DNA of 64,000 bases, taken from NCBI GenBank assembly GCA_937858155.1, contig CALLYM010000160.1, positions 5,568 through 69,567 of the forward strand, in the 5' to 3' direction. The stretch is from an uncultured Phycisphaerales bacterium (GTDB taxonomy: Bacteria; Planctomycetota; Phycisphaerae; Phycisphaerales; UBA1924). The position numbers and the translations under genes are program-made. Numbering within the stretch: the stretch's first letter is position 1; each line of letters begins with the position of its first letter. Of the stretch, positions 23,410 to 32,296 are shown one piece after another. The notes beneath the pieces are model-generated. The model was not told the origin of the DNA, made no database searches, and worked only from the letters and a program-made list of their open reading frames with translations.

Positions 23410-24705
23410 TTACAGGTCGGTCGGCGCGAGGCAGAGGCCCAGGGCCACCGCCCAGCCGGGCTGGGGCTGCTTGAGGTCGATGCCCAGGACAGACTCGTTC
23501 CCCGTGCGGGCCACACGGGCGAGAGGGTCGGCGATCTGCGCAGAAAGCTTCAGGACGCGGGCGATGTGCTGCGTCAGCCCGCGGTGGCGCGACTCGCCGC
23601 CCACGAAGATGATGCGGTCCACCCGCTGCCCGGGGAACTGCGACGCGTGGTAGCGCAGGCACAGGCGCACCTCGTCGGTGATGATCTCGAGCGGCTCAAG
23701 CAGGTTGGCGCCCTCGGGCGCAACCGCCACCGTCGGTTGACGCGTGATGTCGTCCGTCAGGCCGGGCACGGGCTGTGCCGTGCGCCGGTCCACCTCGGGG
23801 TCGGCCGGCGCCGCGGGCGCGGGCGGCGAGGCGGCAAAGAGCTTCTCCGTCTCCTTGTCGAGCGCCAGGCGCATCTCGCGGGCCGTCACTTCGTCGCAGT
23901 TGAGCTGCTTGGCGATCGCGGCGTCCAGGTGGCGTCCACCCACGTCGATCATCCGCGCGAACACCAGGGTCCGCCCGTGGGTGATCATGACCTTGGTCGT
24001 GCTCGCGCCGATGTCCAGGTACAGCGTGTTGGCCTTGTTGTCCTCGAGCCGCCGGTGGATGTCGTCGAACGCGCGGACCGTGCACATGAACTCGCTCTGG
24101 ATGCCCACGGGCTCCAGCTTCGCGTCCACGAGGGTTTCCATGAGGCGGTCCACCACGGGGCGCTCGACGGCGATCAGCACGACGTCCACCTTGTTGTTCG
24201 ACTTGTCGTGGTTGCTCACCTCGATGAAGCGGTATACCAGGCTCTCGGGGTCCACGCCCAGCTGCTGGGGGATGGCCGCCGCGACCAGCTGCGCCAGCGG
24301 CACGCCCTCCTGGCGGGGGAACTGCAGGTGCTTGCAGGTTGTCTGCCACGCGGGGATCGAGCACACCGCGCGCTTGCCCTTGAAGCCGCCCTTCTTCACG
24401 AGCTTGGGGAGGGCCGACAGCTGGAATTCCATCCGGCGCTTGTTGTCGCCGATCAGCGCCTGGGGCGTCTCGAGGCTGACGATCGCCTGAAGCACCGGGG
24501 GCTGCCCGGCGTTGACCTGCAGCACCTTGAGCGCGCCGGTGCCAAAGTCAATGGCGATGGGCATCCCCATCGTGCTGCCCAGGCCAAGGTTCGTACCCAT
24601 CCGCTCCGACAGCTTTTCGGCAAGCTTGGTGAGCCCACCGCCCGCGTTCGCCGGCGCCGTGGGGGCCTGCTTCTGCTTCGTCAGATTGAGGAAGGGCAGT
24701 CCCAT
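23410..24705 (-). CDS. pilM: type IV pilus assembly protein PilM (actin-like ATPase fold)
   Basis: IAIDFGTGALKVLQV, LYLDIGASTTKVMITHG and ...VGGRHLDAAIAKQL are PilM/FtsA-like phosphate and adenosine motifs. The start was chosen at ATG 24703-24705 (MGLPFLN...). Confidence 0.85.
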   Translation of the reverse strand: MGLPFLNLTKQKQAPTAPANAGGGLTKLAEKLSERMGTNLGLGSTMGMPIAIDFGTGALKVLQVNAGQPPVLQAIVSLETPQALIGDNKRRMEFQLSALPKLVKKGGFKGKRAVCSIPAWQTTCKHLQFPRQEGVPLAQLVAAAIPQQLGVDPESLVYRFIEVSNHDKSNNKVDVVLIAVERPVVDRLMETLVDAKLEPVGIQSEFMCTVRAFDDIHRRLEDNKANTLYLDIGASTTKVMITHGRTLVFARMIDVGGRHLDAAIAKQLNCDEVTAREMRLALDKETEKLFAASPPAPAAPADPEVDRRTAQPVPGLTDDITRQPTVAVAPEGANLLEPLEIITDEVRLCLRYHASQFPGQRVDRIIFVGGESRHRGLTQHIARVLKLSAQIADPLARVARTGNESVLGIDLKQPQPGWAVALGLCLAPTDL

Positions 24706-24885
24706 CGGTGCTGGCGCTCCATGCCGACGCCTCCCCCGCCCCACGGGGGACCGGCGCGACTGGAGGTGTGCATCGGCGCTCCGCGCGGTGCGGTTCAGCC
24801 CGTCAGGACCAACCTTTTCAGAAGACCTTGCCAAAGTTGCGCGGACGGCATCCCCGGACTTCGCCCGAGATTCTGAACGCCAACT

Positions 24886-25602
24886 TCAGGCGATAACTGC
24901 GCGCACGATATCGGACAGTCGGTTGACGGCCCCCCTGATGTCCCACTGCTGGGCCGACCGTTCGCCTGTCAGATTACTGATGGTGCGGACCTCGCAGAAG
25001 GGCACCCCTCGCCGGCGTGCCACGAGCGCGAGAGCCGCCCCCTCCATGGTTTCAGCCATCCCACCCGTACGGTCGGCGATGTCCTGGGCGAGGGCATTGG
25101 TGCCCGAGCAGGTTGAGACGGTGGCGATTACTCCAACAGCATCGGAAAAGCTGCGAAAAACATGCTGAAGATCAGGGTGCGTCGGTATGACTTCCATCTG
25201 GCCAAGCGATGGGTCGATTGGAAAGCCCATTTTTGTAAGGTTTTGAAACTCATGTGCGGTCTGAAGGCCTTCGTCGCCGAAGGCACACCCGGCGGCAGTC
25301 ATAGCCTGACCCACCCGCAGGGGTGAGGCGTTTGGCAAGGCCCCTGCAATACCAAGATTCACTATCGCGCCGTATGGGTGGCCATCTACCAGAACGCCTG
25401 CCAGCGATCCGGCGGCGTTCGCCTTACTCACACCTGTATGGAGGAGATGAATCCGGGGGCCACCTTGGACCACCCCCCAGAGTGCCGGCACAGGGGTATC
25501 GGGCGTCCCGAGCCCTGCCAAGACCCCCCGAATCTCCACCGGGGCGGCGACAGCAAGGAGCAAAGTTCGTGTTCCAAGGAGTTTGGAGAGCAACGGATGC
25601 AC
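24886..25602 (-). CDS. mqnB: futalosine hydrolase (PNP_UDP_1 fold; menaquinone futalosine pathway)
   Basis: VNLGIAGAL and ...VSTCSGTNALAQDIADRTGGMAETMEGAALALVARRRGVPFCEVRTISNLTGERSAQQWD match the MqnB C-terminal pattern. The start is uncertain: GTG 25602 is used here, and the track start at 25680 would overlap the divergent gene. Confidence 0.65.
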   Translation of the reverse strand: MHPLLSKLLGTRTLLLAVAAPVEIRGVLAGLGTPDTPVPALWGVVQGGPRIHLLHTGVSKANAAGSLAGVLVDGHPYGAIVNLGIAGALPNASPLRVGQAMTAAGCAFGDEGLQTAHEFQNLTKMGFPIDPSLGQMEVIPTHPDLQHVFRSFSDAVGVIATVSTCSGTNALAQDIADRTGGMAETMEGAALALVARRRGVPFCEVRTISNLTGERSAQQWDIRGAVNRLSDIVRAVIA

Positions 25603-25679
25603 GCGAGCATCGTACAAGGGTGGCCAGCCCCGGTGGGGTGGTTTGTGGTATTGGGTGGGTATGACGCAAGGAAGACGCA

Positions 25680-27491
25680 ATGACGACGCCGGCGCAATCG
25701 GGGGCAGGGGCAGGGCGGTGGTGGCTGCGCGGGGGCATCGCGCTCGCCGTGGTCTGCCTTGCGGGAGGCGTCGTGGCGCTCGGCGCGGGGGCGGCGGACG
25801 AGTCGAAGGCCTCCGGCACGCCGGGCCCCAAGCCCGCGGCGAAGTCCGGGCAGAGTCTGACGAGCGATCTGGGCGTCTCGAAGCGTCAGGCCTTTGACAT
25901 CACCACGACCGCGAACGGCGACCTGCAGGCCAAGAACCAGATCGAACTCCGCAGCAAGCTGGACCGCGACAGCACTATCCAGTTCATCATCCCCGAGGGC
26001 ACGCGCGTCAAGAAGGATGATCTGCTGGTGCAGCTCAACAGCGAGCAGGTGCAGCAGCAGATCGACGAGCAGGAGCCGCGCCTGACCAGCCAGCGCGCGG
26101 CGCTGGTGGCGGCGCAGACACAGTACACGATCCAGGAGAACGACAACGCGCAGGCCCTGAGCCGCGCGTTGCTGGACAAGGAACTGGCGGAGCTGCAGCT
26201 GCGCCAGTGGCGGGAGGGTGACGTTGTCAAGAAGCGCCAGGACCTTGGGCTCAAGATCGACACGGCGGACCTGGAGCTGGGGCGTCTCGCCGACCGCCTG
26301 ACGCGGAGCGAGGACCTGTTCGCCGAGGGGTTCCTCTCCAAGGACGAGCGTGACCGCGACGAGGTGTCGTACATCCAGGCGATCGCGACGTACAAGCAGG
26401 CGCTGCTCGACAAGGATACGTACGAGACGTACGAGTTCGTGCGTGAGGAACGCGAGAAGATGAGCAGCGTGGACCAGAAGACGGCCGAGGTCGAGCGCGT
26501 CAAGCTCAACAACACCAACCAGTTGACCAACCGCAAGGCGGAGCTGGACAACCAGAAGCAGCAGGTGGACGCGATGGAGCGGCAGCTCGCCAAGTCGAAG
26601 GAGCAGCTGGCGTCGTGCACCATCAAGGCGCCGCAGGACGGGCTTGTGGTGTACTCCACGAGCGTGGAGGGCATGCGGTGGGGTCGGGGTGGGAACGACT
26701 CGGGGCTGCAGATCGGCACGCAGGTCTACCCCAACCAGCTCATCATCGCGCTGCCGGACACCAGCGAGATGGTCGCGACCGTGCGCGTGCACGAGTCCTT
26801 GGCCGGGCGCATCAAGCAGGGCCAGCGGGCCACGCTCAAGATTGACGCCGCGGGCGGGCAGGTCTTTGAGGGCATCGTCGACACGATCGGCGTGATGGCC
26901 GAGAGCGGCGGTTGGCGCGATCCCAACCTGCGTGAGTACTCGGTCAAGATCAATCTCGACACCAAGGCCGTGGAGGCGAACCTCAAGCCCGCCATGCGTG
27001 TCGAGGCCAGGGTCACACTCGACAAGGTCGAAGAGACGCTGACGATCCCCGTGCAGGCGCTGTTCAGCGAGGGTGCGGTCCAGTTTGTCTACCAGCCACA
27101 GGGCAAGCGGTTTATCCGGGTGCCCGTCCGCGTCGGGCGTCGCAGCGACACGCTCGCGGAGATCGTGTCAGGTGTGAATGACGGCGGCACCGTGCTGCTC
27201 CGCCAGCCGGGTGCTGGTGAGGTGATCAGCGGCGAGTGGAACAAGGAGCAGCTGGTTGCTGCGGGGTACCAGTTCAACGAGCAGGGTGAGGTGATCGCTG
27301 CTCGCGGGCAGGGTGGCCCGGGCGGCAGGGGGAAGCGTGGGGACAAGCCCGCCACCGTGAAGCGTGACGCCGGTGAAGCGCAGGTGACGGACGCAAAGCC
27401 GGAGTCAAAGCCGGATGCAACCACCCCGGCGGCTCCCGCGGCCGACTCCAAGTCCGCCGAGGGTGAAAAGAAGGACGAGCACGGGAAGTGA
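25680..27491 (+). CDS. HlyD/MacA-type periplasmic adaptor (membrane fusion protein) with a long coiled coil and a low-complexity C-terminal tail
   Basis: N-terminal TM helix (WWLRGGIALAVVCLAGGVVAL). Also a lipoyl/barrel motif (IIPEGTRVKKDDLLVQL...IKAPQDGLVVY), an extended coiled coil and a beta-barrel end. Confidence 0.8.
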   Translation: MTTPAQSGAGAGRWWLRGGIALAVVCLAGGVVALGAGAADESKASGTPGPKPAAKSGQSLTSDLGVSKRQAFDITTTANGDLQAKNQIELRSKLDRDSTIQFIIPEGTRVKKDDLLVQLNSEQVQQQIDEQEPRLTSQRAALVAAQTQYTIQENDNAQALSRALLDKELAELQLRQWREGDVVKKRQDLGLKIDTADLELGRLADRLTRSEDLFAEGFLSKDERDRDEVSYIQAIATYKQALLDKDTYETYEFVREEREKMSSVDQKTAEVERVKLNNTNQLTNRKAELDNQKQQVDAMERQLAKSKEQLASCTIKAPQDGLVVYSTSVEGMRWGRGGNDSGLQIGTQVYPNQLIIALPDTSEMVATVRVHESLAGRIKQGQRATLKIDAAGGQVFEGIVDTIGVMAESGGWRDPNLREYSVKINLDTKAVEANLKPAMRVEARVTLDKVEETLTIPVQALFSEGAVQFVYQPQGKRFIRVPVRVGRRSDTLAEIVSGVNDGGTVLLRQPGAGEVISGEWNKEQLVAAGYQFNEQGEVIAARGQGGPGGRGKRGDKPATVKRDAGEAQVTDAKPESKPDATTPAAPAADSKSAEGEKKDEHGK

Positions 27492-27651
27492 GCATTGTCC
27501 CCGCTGAGACAGTGCCGCCGGCGCAGCTATTCCACCCGTCATAGACCGACCCTGGCGTTCACCTGCGCTTGGATTCTGCTGGCATTGCGCACTCGCGTAT
27601 GGCACCTTCTCCCCGCACGCCCCTTTGTGGGCGACGCGTGGAGGGCCGGCC

Positions 27652-28575
27652 ATGACGCAGTCGAAGCGGACAATGGTGGTGTGGGTGCTGCTCGCCGGTG
27701 CGGGCGGTGCGACCACGCTGGGCCTGGCGGACGGCTCAGGCGCAGGGGCCTCGGCCAACGCGTATGCGTCGCTGCCCACGACCGTCACGCTGCACGCGGT
27801 GGTGCGGGACTTCAAGGCGAGGGGGGAGGCGGGCGGCCACGCGGACTTTGAGTCCTACTCGGGCTCACGGGCGACGGTGGGGCTGGTCGCGGAATCGCTG
27901 GACGCGGAGCACAAGCCCGTGTTGGCCAGCAGTGGCAGCGGGCGCCTGATCGGGGCGGAGTGGCAGGACAGCGTGGGACGCCCCATCCTGCCCTCCCTGT
28001 ACAGCGCGGCGATGGGCGACACGGCCGGGCGGTATGAGAACACCAACAACCGCCAGATTACCAGCGCACAATCGTTCGCGTCGTGGTACCACGACACACC
28101 GGGTGTGAACGTTGCAATCCCGGTGGACCTGGTGCTCAACCGCCGCGCCGGCTCGCCCGTGTACGTGTTTGATTCCGCGAACGATGAGCCGTGGAAGACG
28201 CTGGGCGGCTTCTTCCCCATCAACGGTCAGGGCTACGGGAACTACGGGACGACGGGAAAGAACTTCCACTTCACCACCGAGATCGCCGCGGACTTTGTGT
28301 ACGAGGCTGGCAAGGGTCACACGTTCAAGTTCTCCGGCGACGACGACGTGTGGGTGTTCATCGACGACCGTTTGGTGATGGACCTTGGTGGCCTGCACCC
28401 GCGCACGGAGCAGGTGCTCTCGCTGGACCGTTTGTCCTGGTTGCAGGAAGGGCACGCGTACAAGTTCCGCATCTTCCATGCGGAGCGGCACACGAGTCAG
28501 AGTAACTTCCGCATGGAAACGACGCTCCTCTTCCGCGCCCTTGACAAACCGGGTGTGACGGGGCAGTTTGACTGA
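27652..28575 (+). CDS. secreted fibro-slime / PA14-like domain protein
   Basis: GGAGGG lies upstream of ATG 27652, followed by a signal peptide. GGFFPINGQGYGN...NFHFTTEI...FKFSGDDDVWVFIDDRLVMDLGGLH...FHAERHTSQSNFRMETTL is the fibro-slime domain signature. Confidence 0.75.
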   Translation: MTQSKRTMVVWVLLAGAGGATTLGLADGSGAGASANAYASLPTTVTLHAVVRDFKARGEAGGHADFESYSGSRATVGLVAESLDAEHKPVLASSGSGRLIGAEWQDSVGRPILPSLYSAAMGDTAGRYENTNNRQITSAQSFASWYHDTPGVNVAIPVDLVLNRRAGSPVYVFDSANDEPWKTLGGFFPINGQGYGNYGTTGKNFHFTTEIAADFVYEAGKGHTFKFSGDDDVWVFIDDRLVMDLGGLHPRTEQVLSLDRLSWLQEGHAYKFRIFHAERHTSQSNFRMETTLLFRALDKPGVTGQFD

Positions 28576-28637
28576 CAGCCTTCATCGACCGGCCGCCGCG
28601 CGCGGAAGCGCCCGGCGGCTTGGAACCCTCGAGTTCC

Positions 28638-28681
28638 ACGCCCGGGTTGCCCTTGTTGGGCGCCCGGGCGTCGGTGTTTTT
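28638..28681 (+). terminator. intrinsic terminator after the fibro-slime gene
   Basis: ACGCCCGGG-(16 nt)-CCCGGGCGT (9-bp perfect stem) followed by CGGTGTTTTTGG. Confidence 0.6.
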
Positions 28682-28741
28682 GGAATTTGAGGACGGGCGT
28701 CCGCGCCACGACCGCGTCGTCGCGGCATCCAACTATCACGC

Positions 28742-29227
28742 ATGGCACCACCAATCCATCCTGGGGTTCGCATCGGGCATGTACACCTGAAAGTTGCGGA
28801 CGTTGACCGCTCGCTCGCGTTCTACTGCGGTGTCCTGGGATTTGAACTGGTGCAGCGTCTGCCCCAGGCGGCGTTCATCAGTGCGGGGGGCTACCACCAT
28901 CACATCGGACTCAATACGTGGACAAGCAGGGGCGGCTCGCCGCCTGCGCGGGGCACGACGGGGTTGTTCCACGCCGCGATTCTGTACCCAACCCGCGAAG
29001 CCCTCGCGGACGCGGTGCGGCGGGTGCTCGCGGCGAACATTCCGCTGGATGGTGCCGCCGACCACGGCGTGAGCGAAGCAATCTACCTGCACGACCCGGA
29101 CGGTAACGGGCTGGAGCTGTACTGGGACAAGCCGGAAAAGGAGTGGCCGCGGGACGCCAAAGGCAACATAGAGATGTACACGCGGGAGTTGGATGTGGCG
29201 GGGTTGACGCGATTGGAATCGCACTAG
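28742..29227 (+). CDS. VOC family protein (glyoxalase/bleomycin resistance/extradiol dioxygenase fold)
   Basis: IGHVHLKVADVDRSLAFYCGVLGFEL...GGYHHHIGLNTW...SEAIYLHDPDGNGLELYWD is typical of this family. Confidence 0.8.
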   Translation: MAPPIHPGVRIGHVHLKVADVDRSLAFYCGVLGFELVQRLPQAAFISAGGYHHHIGLNTWTSRGGSPPARGTTGLFHAAILYPTREALADAVRRVLAANIPLDGAADHGVSEAIYLHDPDGNGLELYWDKPEKEWPRDAKGNIEMYTRELDVAGLTRLESH

Positions 29228-29262
29228 GAGGCGCTCCGCGCCTTCGGATCGCGCGCTGTACC

Positions 29263-29862
29263 ATGATGCTCATGGCGACCGTACCGCCCAAACTCTGCCT
29301 CATGCTCTCGGGCGGCGGGCGCACCGCGCTCAACATCCTCGACCACATCGAGCGCGGGGAGCTGAATGCGCATATCGCTCTGGTCATTTCCAGCGATGCA
29401 AGTGCCGCAGGTGCCCAGCGGTGCCGAGATCGCGGCCTCAGGGTGCTCGTGATCCCCGGCACGATTCCCTCGGACACGCTCGGACGCACCCTCCGCGAGC
29501 ATCACGTCGATTGGATTGTGCTGGCCGGGTATCTCAAGCTTGTCCGGATCCCGGCTGAGTTCGCGGGACGCGTGATCAATATCCACCCGGCCCTCCTGCC
29601 CAAGTTCGGCGGCAAGGGGATGCATGGGCACCACGTGCACGAGGCCGTGATCGCGGCGGGAGAAAAGCAGTCCGGATGTACGGTCCATTTTTGCGATGAC
29701 CGGTACGACACCGGCCCGATCATCCTGCAGATGACCTGCCCCGTTCTGCCGGGCGACACGCCCGATACGCTGGCGGCCCGCGTGTTTGAACTGGAAAAGA
29801 GGGCCTTTCCCGCGGCGTTGAAACAGGTCCTGGAGAAACCTGCCGGGCGTTCGAGCGAATAG
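29263..29862 (+). CDS. purN: phosphoribosylglycinamide formyltransferase
   Basis: LCLMLSGGGRTALNIL..., DWIVLAGYLKLV..., VINIHPALLPKFGGKGMHGHHVHEAV, and SGCTVHFCDDRYDTGPII. The start could be any of three clustered ATGs (29263, 29266 or 29272). Confidence 0.9.
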   Translation: MMLMATVPPKLCLMLSGGGRTALNILDHIERGELNAHIALVISSDASAAGAQRCRDRGLRVLVIPGTIPSDTLGRTLREHHVDWIVLAGYLKLVRIPAEFAGRVINIHPALLPKFGGKGMHGHHVHEAVIAAGEKQSGCTVHFCDDRYDTGPIILQMTCPVLPGDTPDTLAARVFELEKRAFPAALKQVLEKPAGRSSE

Positions 29863-29905
29863 AGATTAAGAGCGATCGGGACTCAGCAAAGGGAGCGATG
29901 TACCG

Positions 29906-31462
29906 GTGAGGACCCTTCGCGTACTCAATGTGTGTGTTGTGGTGCACGCGTGCGTTGTTGGGTTGGGTCACGCACAGCAGGACCCACCCAAACCATCAAC
30001 GGCCAGCCAAGTGCCTGCCGCCAGACCATCCGAACCGCAGGACAAGCCCGAAGACTTCTTCAAACTCGCCGGCCAGGCATCACAGGCATTTTCCAAGGGT
30101 GACTACGCCTCGGCCGCGGGCTTCCTGGAGCGCCAGCTCGCTCTTCAGCCTGAGAACGGCGCTTGCTGGTACAACCTTGCTCTCGCACGGTCCAATCTGG
30201 ACGATCAGGCAGGAGCGCTCGAAGCGTTGACGAACGCCGTCGAGCGAGGTTTTTCTGACCGCGCCCGAATTCTGCGCGAGCCCGAGTTCGTGAGGCTGCG
30301 TGAGCTGGACGGTTTCACGCGGATCCGCGATCGTTGGGACGAGGTTCTAGCCGCCGCGAACGATCGCGTGCTTTCGCAGTGCCGCCAAGAGTTTGGCGCC
30401 GACCTGCGGGAGGAGCGGGACGAAGAACTCCGCGCGGTGTTCCTCACTTCGGCGGACCCCACGCTCGTCGCGCGGGCGCGCGAAGAGCTTCACGGCGTAC
30501 GCCGGCTTGCCGCGTCGATCTTCGGTCCTGACGAGCACGCCAAGGATGCGCCGTGGGTGGTCGTCGTGCTGCCCAACCGAAAGGGCTTTGAGAAGTGGGC
30601 GGGGCAGACCTACGGCGCCGGCGCCCGCGGCACATTCCAGCAGATCGGCGGTGCGTATGAGCATTCCCGCAAGCGGCTGGTCGCGATTGACCTGGGCGCC
30701 ACGCTCCGGCACGAATTCTTCCACGTGCTGCAGTACCGCGAACTTGAGCGGCTCGGGCAGCAGCACCCCATCTGGATCATGGAGGGGCTGGCGAGTCTTG
30801 CAGAAGACCTGGAGTTCCCGCCCGCAGGGAGCCCGGACGTGCCCAAACCCCTGACATCGTGGCGTACCAACATCGCCCAGCGCACCGACCGAACCGGCAC
30901 ATACCTCACGATCGCGCAGATGGCCGCGATGGACCAGCAGAAGTTCTCCAGCGCCCGCCCGCTGGCCAATTACGCTGCGTCCCGCAACGTCTTCATGTAC
31001 CTCTACTCGCAGCACAGGCTGGCAGACTGGTGGCGGACGTTCACCACCGATGTCGAGCACGGCCTGCGGGCTGACGAATCCGGTGTCGCCGCCATGGAGC
31101 ACACGCTCGGTAAGCCCAGCAAGGAGATCGACAAGGACTCGCGCGTGTGGCTGCGCACGCTCTCGCCTGTTGCGGAGTCCATCGAACCGGGCATGGCGAG
31201 CCTGGGCGTGGAGGTGGAGGCGGGCCTGGGCGAGGGTCCGGTGGTCACGCGCGTGGTCCCGCGCCCCAAGGGCAACGTGCACCAGTCCGCGCCGGGCCTG
31301 CGCCCGGGCGACACGCTGCTCTCGATCGACGCCAAACCCACGCGGGACCTCGCGGAACTCGTGCGGGTGCTGGGGACATACAAGGCGGGTGATCAGGTGC
31401 TGCTGGAGGTTCGTCGCGGGCAGGCGATCAAAGAGTTCAGGGTGACGCTGGTCGCGAGGTGA
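29906..31462 (+). CDS. secreted TPR + HExxH metallopeptidase-like + C-terminal PDZ protein
   Basis: GTG start with a signal peptide (MRTLRVLNVCVVVHACVVGLGHA). TPR-like N-terminus (AAGFLERQLALQPENGACWYNLALA). Motif LRHEFFHVLQYRELERLGQQHPIWIMEGLASLAED. PDZ domain (GVEVEAG...GLRPGDTLLSIDAKPTRDLAELVRVL). Confidence 0.7.
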   Translation: MRTLRVLNVCVVVHACVVGLGHAQQDPPKPSTASQVPAARPSEPQDKPEDFFKLAGQASQAFSKGDYASAAGFLERQLALQPENGACWYNLALARSNLDDQAGALEALTNAVERGFSDRARILREPEFVRLRELDGFTRIRDRWDEVLAAANDRVLSQCRQEFGADLREERDEELRAVFLTSADPTLVARAREELHGVRRLAASIFGPDEHAKDAPWVVVVLPNRKGFEKWAGQTYGAGARGTFQQIGGAYEHSRKRLVAIDLGATLRHEFFHVLQYRELERLGQQHPIWIMEGLASLAEDLEFPPAGSPDVPKPLTSWRTNIAQRTDRTGTYLTIAQMAAMDQQKFSSARPLANYAASRNVFMYLYSQHRLADWWRTFTTDVEHGLRADESGVAAMEHTLGKPSKEIDKDSRVWLRTLSPVAESIEPGMASLGVEVEAGLGEGPVVTRVVPRPKGNVHQSAPGLRPGDTLLSIDAKPTRDLAELVRVLGTYKAGDQVLLEVRRGQAIKEFRVTLVAR

Positions 31463-31466
31463 TCGC

Positions 31467-31490
31467 GATCCTCCTCCTATGGGGGAGGAT
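31467..31490. terminator. strong hairpin between convergent genes (no U-tract); possible bidirectional terminator
   Basis: GATCCTCCTC-CTAT-GGGGAGGATC forms 10 bp including one G-U pair, with a 4-nt loop. It abuts the stop of the minus-strand gene. Confidence 0.35.
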
Positions 31491-32203
31491 CATTCGCGTC
31501 CCCATCCGCACTCCGGGCAGCCGCCGGCCAAGTTCCCTTTCAGGTCGTATGCGCATGTGGGGCACAGGCCCTTTGCGCGCCGACGCTTGCCGCGCAGCGC
31601 GATTGGAACGCTCAGCACACCCAGCCACGCCGCACCCCAGAACGCAGTGTCGGCGGCGAGCCCCAGCCAACGCGGGTAATAGCAGATTGCGTGCTCCCCT
31701 ATTTCGCCGGTGCGAACCAGTCCATACGCGGCAGGCTCCGGCCAGGCATCAGGCAAGTCCAATCCATGGAAGCACCGCATTGGAAAGCCCTGCATGTACA
31801 CGCGTGCCTCCAGGCCGATCATGCCATCAGCGATCTTCCCGTCAATCGTCTGGTGCCACGGCTGCAATTCGTGCTGTGAATCGACGACCTGCAATAGAAA
31901 AGACTTGCTCATGGACGGTGAGCGCACGGTCAGGGCAGTCGAGCCGACCGATGACCCCCGCATCAGGAGCGAATATTCAGCGGGCTGCCCAATCTCGCCA
32001 GTGGTCTCGTGGGAGGTGATGACCGTTGATTGGCCGTTCCTCGATGCAAGGTTGTAGATCGACACACTCATTCCACACGCCACCGATACAAACAACGATG
32101 TGACAAGTCCCAACCCCGCCGCCCACGGCAGCAGCCCCCACAGGCACCACCACCAGGCGTCGGGCGTGCCCTGCGTTCTCACTTTTCGACGATTGGCCTT
32201 CAC
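31490..32203 (-). CDS. hypothetical two-TM membrane protein with a C-terminal CPxC...CPEC zinc-ribbon
   Basis: TM helices near residues 18-45 and ~190-210. The protein ends RGKRRRAKGLCPTCAYDLKGNLAGGCPECGWGRE. Confidence 0.55.
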   Translation of the reverse strand: MKANRRKVRTQGTPDAWWWCLWGLLPWAAGLGLVTSLFVSVACGMSVSIYNLASRNGQSTVITSHETTGEIGQPAEYSLLMRGSSVGSTALTVRSPSMSKSFLLQVVDSQHELQPWHQTIDGKIADGMIGLEARVYMQGFPMRCFHGLDLPDAWPEPAAYGLVRTGEIGEHAICYYPRWLGLAADTAFWGAAWLGVLSVPIALRGKRRRAKGLCPTCAYDLKGNLAGGCPECGWGRE

Positions 32204-32296
32204 TGCGGGCTCGCTTCATCTCCACTTCCGCGTGGGGGTGGTACGCCGGAAGCGCCGATCCGTTCCAGCCTCTCTGCGCCGGGGGCGCCCCCTCGC

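Noticed and set aside
25603-25680. Head-to-head overlap of mqnB and the HlyD-type gene, sharing position 25680.
   Set aside because: The apparent overlap comes from taking the longest ORF for mqnB. The conserved core starts later, so an internal GTG (25602) is more plausible. I do not treat this as a real overlapping-gene arrangement.
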